This document shows, one piece after another, positions 21,801-29,774 of a stretch of DNA of 32,000 bases. The notes under the pieces are model-generated. The model searched no databases. It had not been told where the DNA came from and saw nothing but the letters and a program-made list of their open reading frames with translations. The DNA is taken from assembly GCF_013177435.1 (NCBI RefSeq), contig NZ_CP053627.1, positions 1,560,001 through 1,592,000 on the forward strand, written 5' to 3'. Position 1 is the stretch's first letter. Each line of letters starts with the position of its first letter. A program made the position numbers and the translations under genes. This stretch comes from Xylella taiwanensis. Lineage in GTDB: Bacteria; Pseudomonadota; Gammaproteobacteria; Xanthomonadales; Xanthomonadaceae.

Positions 21801-21974
21801 TTACCTACCTTTGTTGAATAACATGCCGATCCCCATTGCTACCAGCAATGCCGGCCACCACGTGGCAATCAACCGACCGAGACTAAGCTGAGTCCAACCT
21901 AAGTTATTCGCTAAAAACAGCAAACCAACCAGAATCAGAATCAGTGCGGTAACAACGTTAGATTTAGATTGCAT
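21801..21974 (-). CDS. small two-helix membrane protein (57 aa; LiaF-TM/DUF5668-like)
   Basis: Not in the ORF track because it is under 60 aa. Hand translation of the minus strand gives ATG...TAA: MQSKSNVVTALILILVGLLFLANNLGWTQLSLGRLIATWWPALLVAMGIGMLFNKGR. Two hydrophobic helices with the LxxLG...WWPxLL pattern I associate with DUF5668-type domains. Convergent with rsfS. Confidence 0.5.
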   Translation of the reverse strand: MQSKSNVVTALILILVGLLFLANNLGWTQLSLGRLIATWWPALLVAMGIGMLFNKGR

Positions 21975-22769
21975 ACCAACAACAAGACAAAACGGGCGGC
22001 CATCTTAGCCGCTACACCCGTTGCGTGGCACGCTTTTTGAAAACAGCCGCACTGAAACAACCCAGCCAATCAGTTCCCCCAGAGTACTCCAGGCCAAGCC
22101 AAGTCGCCCCAATCACGTTGGAGCGGAATAAAACCCGCATCACAATCAAATCCCTTCATTTACTGGGTATCTGGCAAAACATTTCACCATTCACCTTGAA
22201 GCCTATTGCAGAACCCAAAGGTCGGGAAGATTGAAATAACCAGCAGATGCAGAAAACACACGAAGCTCAACTCATATCTCAACGACACTCAGCACCTTAT
22301 CTCAGCGCATCACACCGCCCCAGTACCAGAACACGTCCACAAGATTGAAAAACGAACGATGCAAACATCTCATAGACGTTGCGCAGGAATCCGGTTGGAA
22401 ATGCAGCACATTTGGAAGTCCCTATGTAGCAACGAGCCGTGGAAGTCGCCAGCACCACACCGCCATCCGAATACCTACCTCCAACGCAAGACGATCCATA
22501 CGCCAGCATCCAAACACAGCGCCAAACTCATCACATCCAAAGCCTATGCGGATCGGCGGCATGACTCGACCTCATATCGAATCAAAGACTTTTAGAGAAA
22601 AAGGAAACCCAGGGCGCGAAGTACCAATTGTCATACCTTCAGTCTCATTTACGATGTGGTTTTCTCTAGAAAAACCATCGGACATTCAAAATCGAACTCG
22701 CCGAGCTTGACCGGAAACAAAAAACACCCTTTTATTAACCTATTTTTTATTTACTTTCCCTTATCGTTA

Positions 22770-23891
22770 ATGAGTATGATTAAGCGCTTAATAACTTCCA
22801 TACTGACTCTCGGCCTCGTCGCCTGTGCATCGCAACCCTCATCCAAGCGGCCAGCGAGTCCAACGCCAACAGAACCGACGAAAACGACAGAACCGCCCAA
22901 AGTCACAGAACCTCCACTGGATTTGTCCCCCGTTCCGTTTGAAATCGCTCGTACCAATTTCATACGCGATACCGCTACCAAGTACGGGTTGGACCCGCGA
23001 TGGATCGAAGCAACCCTGGCTCAAGCTCAAATCAAAGATGGGATATTGGCAGCAATGTCGCGCCCAGCCGAGCAAGTCAAACCGTGGAGCGAATACCGGT
23101 TGATGTTCGTCAATCAGCAAAGGATCGATAGTGGACGTAAGTTCTTAGCCTCTCACAAGATGCAACTGAAACGCGTTGAGGCTGCTACTGGCGTGCCAAT
23201 GGAGTTAATCGTCGCGATTATGGGTGTGGAAACCGACTACGGTACTAGTCGTGATAAATACCGGGTACTGGACGCGTTATACACACTCGCCTTTCGATAC
23301 CCACGCAGCGGCGATCCAAACAAGCTCAAACGCGAAGTGCAACGTGAGTTGTTTTTCCGCGATGAACTCGGCCAGTTATTTGCACTCGGTAAGGAAGAAG
23401 GCCTGGATGTGACCACATTGATGGGCAGCTACGCCGGTGCCATGGGCATGGGTCAGTTCATGCCCTCCAACTATCGTGACTATGCAGTAGACGGTGACGG
23501 TGACGGCAAACGTGACCTGTTCACCAACAAGGAGGACGTATTCGCTTCCATCGCCAATTACTTCGTCAAAGAAAAGGGCGGTTGGGTGCGTGGCGGTCTG
23601 ATCGCGGTACCAGCCACCCTCACTCCGGGTTACCAGGAATTTACTCCTCCCGACTGGATCCCACGTTACACCCTGACCGAGTTGGCCGCGCGTGGCTACC
23701 ATGCCAATGCACCCGTGACGGACGGCACCACCGCCACCCCGATTAGTCTGGACGGCACCACCGGTAAACAATACTGGCTGTGCTTCCAGAATTACTACGC
23801 AATTACCCGATATAACCCCTCCAAAATGTATGCGATGGCAGTATTTCAACTCTCCGAAGCCATTGCCGGCCGCGCACTCCCCAAAACATGA
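22770..23891 (+). CDS. mltB: lytic murein transglycosylase B (lipoprotein)
   Basis: Internal ATG 22770 gives the signal peptide and lipobox MSMIKRLITSILTLGLVA|C. Catalytic-region motifs IMGVETDYG and SYAGAMGMGQFMPSNYRDYAVD match the MltB/SltB family. Confidence 0.9.
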   Translation: MSMIKRLITSILTLGLVACASQPSSKRPASPTPTEPTKTTEPPKVTEPPLDLSPVPFEIARTNFIRDTATKYGLDPRWIEATLAQAQIKDGILAAMSRPAEQVKPWSEYRLMFVNQQRIDSGRKFLASHKMQLKRVEAATGVPMELIVAIMGVETDYGTSRDKYRVLDALYTLAFRYPRSGDPNKLKREVQRELFFRDELGQLFALGKEEGLDVTTLMGSYAGAMGMGQFMPSNYRDYAVDGDGDGKRDLFTNKEDVFASIANYFVKEKGGWVRGGLIAVPATLTPGYQEFTPPDWIPRYTLTELAARGYHANAPVTDGTTATPISLDGTTGKQYWLCFQNYYAITRYNPSKMYAMAVFQLSEAIAGRALPKT

Positions 23892-25129
23892 ACACACGTT
23901 GGTACTTCATAGCATTTGTTTTTGACCTGATGGCGTGCAGCACCACACCACACAAAGGTGGCACATACCCAGGTACACCCACGTCCAAGATCGCTGACAG
24001 AAAGCACTCGGAAACCGCAACTCTTTGCCCACCAACCTCTCCGTACGCACCGGCTAAAGAGCTACCCAGTACCCGCAACGGCTACACCAAAAATGGCCTG
24101 TATAAGCCTGGTATCAAAGATGGTGTGCCAGACGAGGTACCCGATGTCGCCTGTATCCCAGAGCCCCTTGTGACCGTCGAACCACGCTCGGTCATCGGCA
24201 ACCAATCACCGTACGTGGTATTAGGTAAATCCTACCGAGTACTTGACGAAGCCAAAGGCTATGTGAAGCGAGGCATTGCCTCATATTACGGAACCAAATT
24301 CCATGGCCGGCTGACCTCCAACCGCGAGGTCTATGACATGTACGCCTTCACCGCCGCACACAAAACGCTACCACTCCCCAGCTTCGCCCTGATTACCAAT
24401 TTGGACAATGGCCAATCGGTCGTGGTAAGAGTCAATGATCGCGGCCCGTTTCACGACGATCGATTGATCGATCTCAGCTACGCCGCAGCAGTGAAACTGG
24501 GCTTTACCGAAAACGGACTCGCAAATGTCGAAGTCCGTGTACTCAGCGAAGACGACAACCCAATGCTGCTGGCGCGGAATAACAGGCGTATCGCACCGAC
24601 AACCGCAAGTGCCCTCGCCTCCACGGGTCCAACGACGACGGCACAAACACCAACCAACAGCATCTCAGCCACTGTCAAGCCTGATAACCCCATCAATCGC
24701 CTGCAATCACTACCGACCAGCAGCCCCTCGGTCACCACGCTCACTCCCATTGTGCCGGTGACGACCATCACCACCCGGCCACCTGAGGCTCCTATCATTG
24801 CAGCTGCAAGCGTCTCCAAAGCAACACCACCCAGTGAAACAACGCAAGCTCCTCTTACAGGGACCCTCCATGTTCCTGAGGTCGCCACCACCACGCTGGA
24901 CAGCATCCTAGTGCAAGTGGCCAGCTTCGCAAGCCGTGAGAACGCCAACCGCGCACTGACCCAACTGACCTCCGCCGGCATTGTCGGAGCCAGCATCAGT
25001 GCTATCGTCAGCAGCGGACGCACTCTGTGGCGACTGCGCGTTGACGCACCAGACCATGACACCGCCTTAGAACTGATAAGACGCATTACTCCTCTCGGAT
25101 TAGGCCGTCCACAAATCGTTGGCCTATGA
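23888..25129 (+). CDS. rlpA: septal ring lytic transglycosylase RlpA (DPBB domain plus C-terminal SPOR domain)
   Basis: ATGA overlap with the mltB stop. Lipobox FDLMA|C. DPBB block GIASYYGTKFHGRLTSNREVYDMYAFTAAHKTLPLPSFALITNLDNGQSVVVRVNDRGPF, a Thr/Pro/Ser-rich low-complexity linker, then a SPOR-like ILVQVASFASRENANRALTQL...LWRLRV. Confidence 0.9.
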   Translation: MNTRWYFIAFVFDLMACSTTPHKGGTYPGTPTSKIADRKHSETATLCPPTSPYAPAKELPSTRNGYTKNGLYKPGIKDGVPDEVPDVACIPEPLVTVEPRSVIGNQSPYVVLGKSYRVLDEAKGYVKRGIASYYGTKFHGRLTSNREVYDMYAFTAAHKTLPLPSFALITNLDNGQSVVVRVNDRGPFHDDRLIDLSYAAAVKLGFTENGLANVEVRVLSEDDNPMLLARNNRRIAPTTASALASTGPTTTAQTPTNSISATVKPDNPINRLQSLPTSSPSVTTLTPIVPVTTITTRPPEAPIIAAASVSKATPPSETTQAPLTGTLHVPEVATTTLDSILVQVASFASRENANRALTQLTSAGIVGASISAIVSSGRTLWRLRVDAPDHDTALELIRRITPLGLGRPQIVGL

Positions 25130-25139
25130 TCGATCGATA

Positions 25140-25169
25140 CTGGATCGACATAGGCGCATGTCTATCCAG
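25140..25169 (+). terminator. imperfect stem-loop after rlpA
   Basis: ctggatCgacat (25140-25151) / atgtcTatccag (25158-25169): 12-nt arms with one mismatch and a 6-nt loop, 11 nt after the rlpA stop. No U-tract. Confidence 0.3.
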
Positions 25170-25630
25170 CTCCAAAACCCATGTTCGTTGACTCGCAGCA
25201 GCATACACCGAGCTTCGGAGTCAGCCTTGCTGACAATCCGTGAGTTAACGCCTCGGTGTTTGAGATGATCCAACACCACTCAATGTCATACGACACTGTT
25301 CGCACACCACTTCCAGCGAGCCTCACCACCATCCCGGTTCCCAGCGGTCGAACACAAAACATCCAACCCGCTCCTCAAACACCATCGCTTAGCGCGCAAT
25401 AGCAATACCAAAAGGCAGATTTGGTATACACCACACCATACATACCAAGATCACTTTGGCATCACCACCCGCACAACAGCTGCTGTGAATGCATCGCCTA
25501 GGCACCTCTCAGTTGACAATCGCCACACGAAACTCAAAAAGAAAAATACACACCCATTACAAATCTGCCTGACATATTCCACCAACCAACACCTGACCTC
25601 GCCCCAAATCAAAACACCCAACACATGAAT

Positions 25631-26239
25631 TCAGCCAAAGCGGGGCATACTCAACTGCATCAAAAATACCTGCAACAACTGCGGTTCCATACACAACATA
25701 AACACCACACCAAAAGCAGCACCAGAAAGATGTGCACTATGATTAATCCCATCACCGCCGCGGCGCCCCATCCAAATGCTATAACCCACATAAAAAACAG
25801 CGTAAAAAATCGCAGGCGTAGGGATAAAGAACACAACAATTGACGCCCAAGGCTGCAACAATACCGAAGCGAACAACACAGCAGACACAGCCCCTGAAGC
25901 GCCAAGACTCAGATATTGTGGATTTTTCTGGTTCTTGATATAGCTGGGCAGAATCGAAACCAACAGCGCCCCTAAATAAAACAAAGGGTAAGTCAATACG
26001 CTACCAGTGAGCTCACCCATTACTGCCTCAATCATGCGGCCAAAGAAATACAACGTCACCATGTTGAACACCAAATGCGAAACATCGGCATGCACAAAAC
26101 CATAAGTGATCAACCGATCGTATTGGCGATCGCGGTCAACCGCCGGTGGCCAAAAAATCAACCGATCACGCAAACGGCCATTGTTGAAAGCCAACCAGAA
26201 CACCAGCGCATTAATAGCGATCAAAATCAAAGTAATCAT
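25631..26239 (-). CDS. rhomboid-family intramembrane serine protease
   Basis: Six-helix core with catalytic Ser motif LSLGASGAVSAVLF and His motif NHSAHLSGAAFG. I place the start at the internal ATG 26239 (MITLILIAINALVF). The frame stays open to 26431, but that extension is Arg/Leu-rich and unlike the family. Confidence 0.85.
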   Translation of the reverse strand: MITLILIAINALVFWLAFNNGRLRDRLIFWPPAVDRDRQYDRLITYGFVHADVSHLVFNMVTLYFFGRMIEAVMGELTGSVLTYPLFYLGALLVSILPSYIKNQKNPQYLSLGASGAVSAVLFASVLLQPWASIVVFFIPTPAIFYAVFYVGYSIWMGRRGGDGINHSAHLSGAAFGVVFMLCMEPQLLQVFLMQLSMPRFG

Positions 26240-26871
26240 CAAACAGTCCGGAAATGGGGAAAATACCCGCGCAAGCACTCGCAACAACACGCCAGCAATG
26301 CTCAAACAAACCAATAATAGTCGACTATGCAGCAACCGACCGAACACCAACAACGCCAAACAGCGCCCAGCGGCGACGCGGCCTTGCTGAGTAGTGCCCA
26401 CTCCGGCGTCCTTACATACCCCGGCGCGCATCTCATACCAGCGTTGCTACGGTTGTAGCCGTCGCCCAGACGGCGGTAACGGTGGGTGTCTTGGAAGGCC
26501 TTCAATACTGAGGTCACCACCAATGTCGACGATGGAGAGGTCTCAGAAAACGGAAAATAAAGCACGCTAAGCTGATTGCAACAGTCGTAGTGGCCTGAAC
26601 TTGTCCGCACCGATCTTGGCTCTGCTGCGCCAGAGGTCATCGCCATTTAAATTGATGACTCCCAACCAAGCGGCAACAGATACTGCAACAGAGCGTCACC
26701 GTAGATCACGTGACTACGGAAATGCTCGAAACGACTACGAAAAAAATGGCCAACACAGAATGCACCAACCTGATAACAGTTAACGAGCCGCGAAACAAAC
26801 CAACCACATAGCGAAATACACATACTCAACATGCGCGACAGCCTGCACGTGACCTGACCGTCGAAGCCTAG

Positions 26872-26985
26872 CTTCACCACCAAATCGGCGCAGCCTATGA
26901 CGCGCTGAAAGCCGATCCCTCCAAAGCTGTCACCCCTGACCAAGTACGCGTACGCCTCGCCGCAGAACATGCGAAGCCACGATGA
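26872..26985 (+). pseudogene. ParD-like antitoxin C-terminal remnant
   Basis: Frame reads ...RDLTVEA*LHHQIGAAYDALKADPSKAVTPDQVRVRLAAEHAKPR*. Its TGA overlaps the ATG of the downstream ParE remnant (ATGA), as in intact TA operons. The N-terminal RHH part is missing or interrupted by a stop. Confidence 0.35.
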
Positions 26986-27237
26986 GCGACAAGATTGTTG
27001 TTTCGCCAGAGACCGAAAAGCAGCTTGGCGAGCTGTACCGCCACATTGCAACGGCGACTTCACCTGACGTTGCAACTCGCTACACCGAAGCAATCGTCTC
27101 TCCTGAAAGTCTAGACACGTTCCCCCTGCGCGGTACCATGCGCAATCTGGCGTGCGCATCTGGTTTCCATCATCGGCGTGTTCTAAGGCGGCCAAAATTA
27201 CGAAACGATCCTGCACAATCACGATGACGCGAACTAG
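26982..27237 (+). pseudogene. RelE/ParE-family toxin pseudogene
   Basis: MSDKIVVSPETEKQLGELYRHIATATSPDVATRYTEAIVSPESLDTFPLRGTMR matches the N-terminal two thirds of ParE toxins as I recall them (...IAAAASPDIAARYTEAIVSYCESLxTFPHRGTMRDD...). About 30-35 codons then appear deleted. The conserved C-terminus VSIIGVF*GGQNYETILHNHDDAN is found in another frame with a TAA replacing the conserved Tyr. Confidence 0.6.
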
Positions 27238-27346
27238 GACGTGATAAACCTCTTCGCCATTTAGAATCGCATACAAGCACCTGAAAGAAGACAACCCATT
27301 CCGTTTAATCATTCCACTGACGCCGCGTCACCCCAATCAAATCACC

Positions 27347-27727
27347 TCAGGTCCACTCGAAATAAAATTTTCCATTCTCCCCTTTAAGAATCCATACCGC
27401 TTCGCCGGGACACTCATCTGTAAAAAACCAGAGTCCTCCCCCGCCCAGATCAACCTCTTCATCTGAAGCGGGAAATGCTTTTCTAAATAGATCCACTAAT
27501 TCTTCCTTGGTCCCCCTAACAAATTCATCTTTTTTGGCAAGTATCAGATCTCCATCATCAAGTAATTTCCGCAATAAAAACAGGAAATCATTTTTTCTTT
27601 CTCCAAATGAATCCTTATCTACTTGCGCAGGAGAAATTCCATGTACCTCCCCGATATTAAACCAAAGAAAACTTAAAGGATGTCCTGCATCCTCATAAAT
27701 AAAATCTATTTGCTCCTGATTTAACAT
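27347..27727 (-). CDS. CdiI-type immunity protein, cassette 4 (126 aa, most divergent paralog)
   Basis: ATG 27727 lies 4 nt after the toxin-4 stop and is preceded by AGGTGA. MLNQEQIDFIYEDAGHPLSFLWFNIGEVHGISPAQVDKDSFGERKNDFLFLLRKLLDDGDL... is paralogous to the three upstream immunity ORFs. The ORF-track start at 27769 overlaps the toxin in another frame. Confidence 0.75.
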   Translation of the reverse strand: MLNQEQIDFIYEDAGHPLSFLWFNIGEVHGISPAQVDKDSFGERKNDFLFLLRKLLDDGDLILAKKDEFVRGTKEELVDLFRKAFPASDEEVDLGGGGLWFFTDECPGEAVWILKGENGKFYFEWT

Positions 27728-27731
27728 GTAA

Positions 27732-28004
27732 TCACCTGAATTTAAGTTCGACAGATTTTCTATTTGCAACAGGGGTCAAAGAGGGACTATTTAAAATATA
27801 AATCGCCCACCTCGCTTTATTCCATTTTTTTGGAGAAGGAGTAAGAGCCCTCAAATGCAAAATGGTTCCATCATCACATTTAGCCGTATAAAGGCCATGC
27901 TTAACCTCCTTTAAAGGTGCATTTCCTGACAATTGCTGCGCATAGTTTTTAATTTGATCATCGGTTAACACCTGAGAATCAAAAACCCTGAGAGTATCAC
28001 TCAT
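27732..28004 (-). CDS. stand-alone CdiA-CT-type toxin domain, cassette 4 (90 aa)
   Basis: MSDTLRVFDSQVLTDDQIKNYAQQLSGNAPLKEVKHGLYTAKCDDGTILHLRALTPSPKKWNKARWAIYILNSPSLTPVANRKSVELKFR aligns end-to-end with the C-terminal 85 aa of the other three toxin ORFs. It has its own ATG (28004) preceded by ccAGGAGAaagcaat. Confidence 0.7.
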   Translation of the reverse strand: MSDTLRVFDSQVLTDDQIKNYAQQLSGNAPLKEVKHGLYTAKCDDGTILHLRALTPSPKKWNKARWAIYILNSPSLTPVANRKSVELKFR

Positions 28005-28115
28005 ATTGCTTTCTCCTGGAACAATGAACAATGTATGATTTGGTTGACTTGTACAACCACGCCTTCCTATCGGTTCGATTCAACGGCAACGCCTGCAGCA
28101 GTATCGCATGCAGAG

Positions 28116-28263
28116 TTTTTATTCAACAACATTTAAATAAAACCCCAAGATGGGTATTCACCGTCACACCCGCACTGGCACCGGCGCCGTCCCCCCTTGG
28201 GGATGCGGCACCGCTGCAGCAACACCGCTCACCTCAAGAGGCAGTGCAATTACTGAGGCATCA
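28116..28263 (-). repeat. conserved GC-rich palindromic 3' flank of immunity gene (copy B)
   Basis: About 140 nt directly after the cassette-3 immunity stop align by eye with 29775-29908. Shared strings include ccttggggatgcggcaccg, tgcagcaac, ccgctcacctcaagaggcagtgca, catcatcaaaaacacc and ttaaataaaac. Confidence 0.75.
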
Positions 28264-28647
28264 TCAAAAACACCATCCGTAATAATCCTCACCCCCTTCT
28301 TCTCCTTCAAACAACCAGACTGCGACGAATGGACACTCCTCCATCACTAACCAAGTTCCTCTCTCTAGCGCTGCATCCGAGGCAGGAAAACATTGTCTGA
28401 ACCGCTCCACTAGGTCCTCGGTGGAACCCTCCAGGATACGCTCGTCTTTTCTGTGACCAAGCTTCAGCTTGCCCTCATCAAGTAATTTCCCCACTAAAAA
28501 AAAGAAATCATTCTTTCTCTCTTCAAATGAATCCGGATCTATTTGCTGAGGCCCAATTCCATGAGCATCCCCTATATCAAACCAAAGAAAATGCAAAGGA
28601 TGGATTAAATCCTCATAAATAAAATCTATTTGTTCTTGGGTTAACAT
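28264..28647 (-). CDS. CdiI-type immunity protein, cassette 3 (127 aa)
   Basis: ATG 28647 lies 11 nt after the toxin-3 stop, with AGGTAA 4 nt upstream. MLTQEQIDFIYEDLIHPLHFLWFDIGDAHGIGPQQIDPDSFEERKNDFFFLVGKLLDEGKLKLGHRKDERILEGSTEDLVERFRQCFPASDAALERGTWLVMEECPFVAVWLFEGEEGGEDYYGWCF. Confidence 0.8.
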   Translation of the reverse strand: MLTQEQIDFIYEDLIHPLHFLWFDIGDAHGIGPQQIDPDSFEERKNDFFFLVGKLLDEGKLKLGHRKDERILEGSTEDLVERFRQCFPASDAALERGTWLVMEECPFVAVWLFEGEEGGEDYYGWCF

Positions 28648-28658
28648 AAAATTACCTA

Positions 28659-29096
28659 TCACCTGAATTTAAGTTCAACTTTTTGTTGATTTACAACATC
28701 TTTCAAGGCCGGACTATTTCTTATATCAATCGTCCACCTCGCTTTAGTCGCTGCTTCTGAAGAAGACACAGACCTCAAATGTAAAACGGTTCCATCACTC
28801 AGGTCAGCTCTATAAACCCCTGGGCTCATTTGCTTAAAAGGTGCATTTCCTGCCAATTGCTGTGCATAGTCTCTGATGTTCTGATCAGTTAACTTCTGCG
28901 AATCCAACACCTTAGTCGTGCCGCTACTATTACTTCCCCCTTGCACTTTGGGGTCATACGGGGTGGCTTTGAACTCCACGCCTGAAATCACTAATTCATC
29001 CTTTGAGTTACGCTTGCCAAAGAAATCTTTGAACTCGTCAAATCGCTTTTTTTGCTGCTGCGCTAAAACACTGCCAGACGAATGGACACTCCTCAA
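28659..29096 (-). CDS. 5'-truncated CdiA-CT toxin fragment, cassette 3
   Basis: From ...SGSVLAQQQKKRFDEFKDFFGKRNSKDELVISGVEFKATPYDPKVQGGSNSSGTTKVLDSQKLTDQNIRDYAQQLAGNAPFKQMSPGVYRADLSDGTVLHLRSVSSSEAATKARWTIDIRNSPALKDVVNQQKVELKFR it aligns with residues ~240-377 of the cassette-1 toxin. The first ~7 codons (TTG start in the ORF track) are immunity-2 sequence read out of frame. There is no credible own start or RBS. Confidence 0.7.
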   Translation of the reverse strand: MRSVHSSGSVLAQQQKKRFDEFKDFFGKRNSKDELVISGVEFKATPYDPKVQGGSNSSGTTKVLDSQKLTDQNIRDYAQQLAGNAPFKQMSPGVYRADLSDGTVLHLRSVSSSEAATKARWTIDIRNSPALKDVVNQQKVELKFR

Positions 29097-29400
29097 ACAC
29101 TAACCACAGTCCTTTCTCTAGCGCTTCATCCGAATCAGGAAAACAGCTTCTAAACATCTCTACTAACTCCTTGGTAGGCCCCTCCATGATACGCTCGTCC
29201 TTTCTGTGACCAAGCTTAAGTTTGCCCTCATCAAGTAATTTGCCCACTAAAAAAAAGAAATCATTCTTTCTCTCTTCAAATGAATCTTTGTCTATTTGCA
29301 CAGCAGAAATTCCATGTGCATGCCCTACATCAAACCAAAGGGAATCCAAAGCGCCACCTAAATCCTTACAAATAAAATCTATTTGTTCTTGAGTTAACAT
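29038..29400 (-). CDS. CdiI-type immunity protein, cassette 2 (120 aa, chimeric C-terminus)
   Basis: ATG 29400 lies 11 nt after the toxin-2 stop, with GAGGTGA upstream. It is paralogous to immunity 1 and 3 up to ...LWLVFEECPFV, then diverges to WQCFSAAAKKAI* where the paralogs have an acidic tail (A(A/V)WLF...DY(D/G)WCF). Confidence 0.75.
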   Translation of the reverse strand: MLTQEQIDFICKDLGGALDSLWFDVGHAHGISAVQIDKDSFEERKNDFFFLVGKLLDEGKLKLGHRKDERIMEGPTKELVEMFRSCFPDSDEALEKGLWLVFEECPFVWQCFSAAAKKAI

Positions 29401-29411
29401 CCAATCACCTC

Positions 29412-29666
29412 TCACCTAAATTTAAGTTCAACTTTTTTATTTGTAATTTCTCTTAAAGAAGGATTATTGTCTATATCAATCGTCCATCTTGCTTTAGTCA
29501 ATTCATTTGAAGAAGAAACAGACCTCAAAATCACCTGCGTTCCATCACTCAGTTCAGCATTATAAACACCTGGCCTTACCTGCTTTAAAGGCACATCTCC
29601 GGCCAATTGCTGCGCATAGTTTTTAATATCCTGATCAGTTAAGACCTGGGAATCAAATACCTTCAC
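29412..29666 (-). CDS. 5'-truncated CdiA-CT toxin fragment, cassette 2
   Basis: (GTG)KVFDSQVLTDQDIKNYAQQLAGDVPLKQVRPGVYNAELSDGTQVILRSVSSSNELTKARWTIDIDNNPSLREITNKKVELKFR. The frame is open back to a TAG at 29736-29738, and those extra codons (FISGINLKHISPCSEGGSNKAGH) still align with the linker of toxins 1 and 3. No ATG or RBS. Confidence 0.7.
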   Translation of the reverse strand: MKVFDSQVLTDQDIKNYAQQLAGDVPLKQVRPGVYNAELSDGTQVILRSVSSSNELTKARWTIDIDNNPSLREITNKKVELKFR

Positions 29667-29774
29667 ATGACCCGCTTTATTACTTCCCCCTTCGGAGCAG
29701 GGCGAGATATGTTTTAGATTGATACCAGAAATAAACTATTGATTATTTAGGCGACACCAATCAAAAACACTATA

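Noticed and set aside
26647-27312. 221-aa minus-strand ORF
   Set aside because: It is antisense to the recognisable parD/parE remnants, and its Cys/Arg-rich translation has no family resemblance.
28060-28090. ggttcgatt string resembling a tRNA T-loop
   Set aside because: The flanking bases do not form a T-stem, and no acceptor or anticodon arms can be drawn. I found no tRNA in the window.
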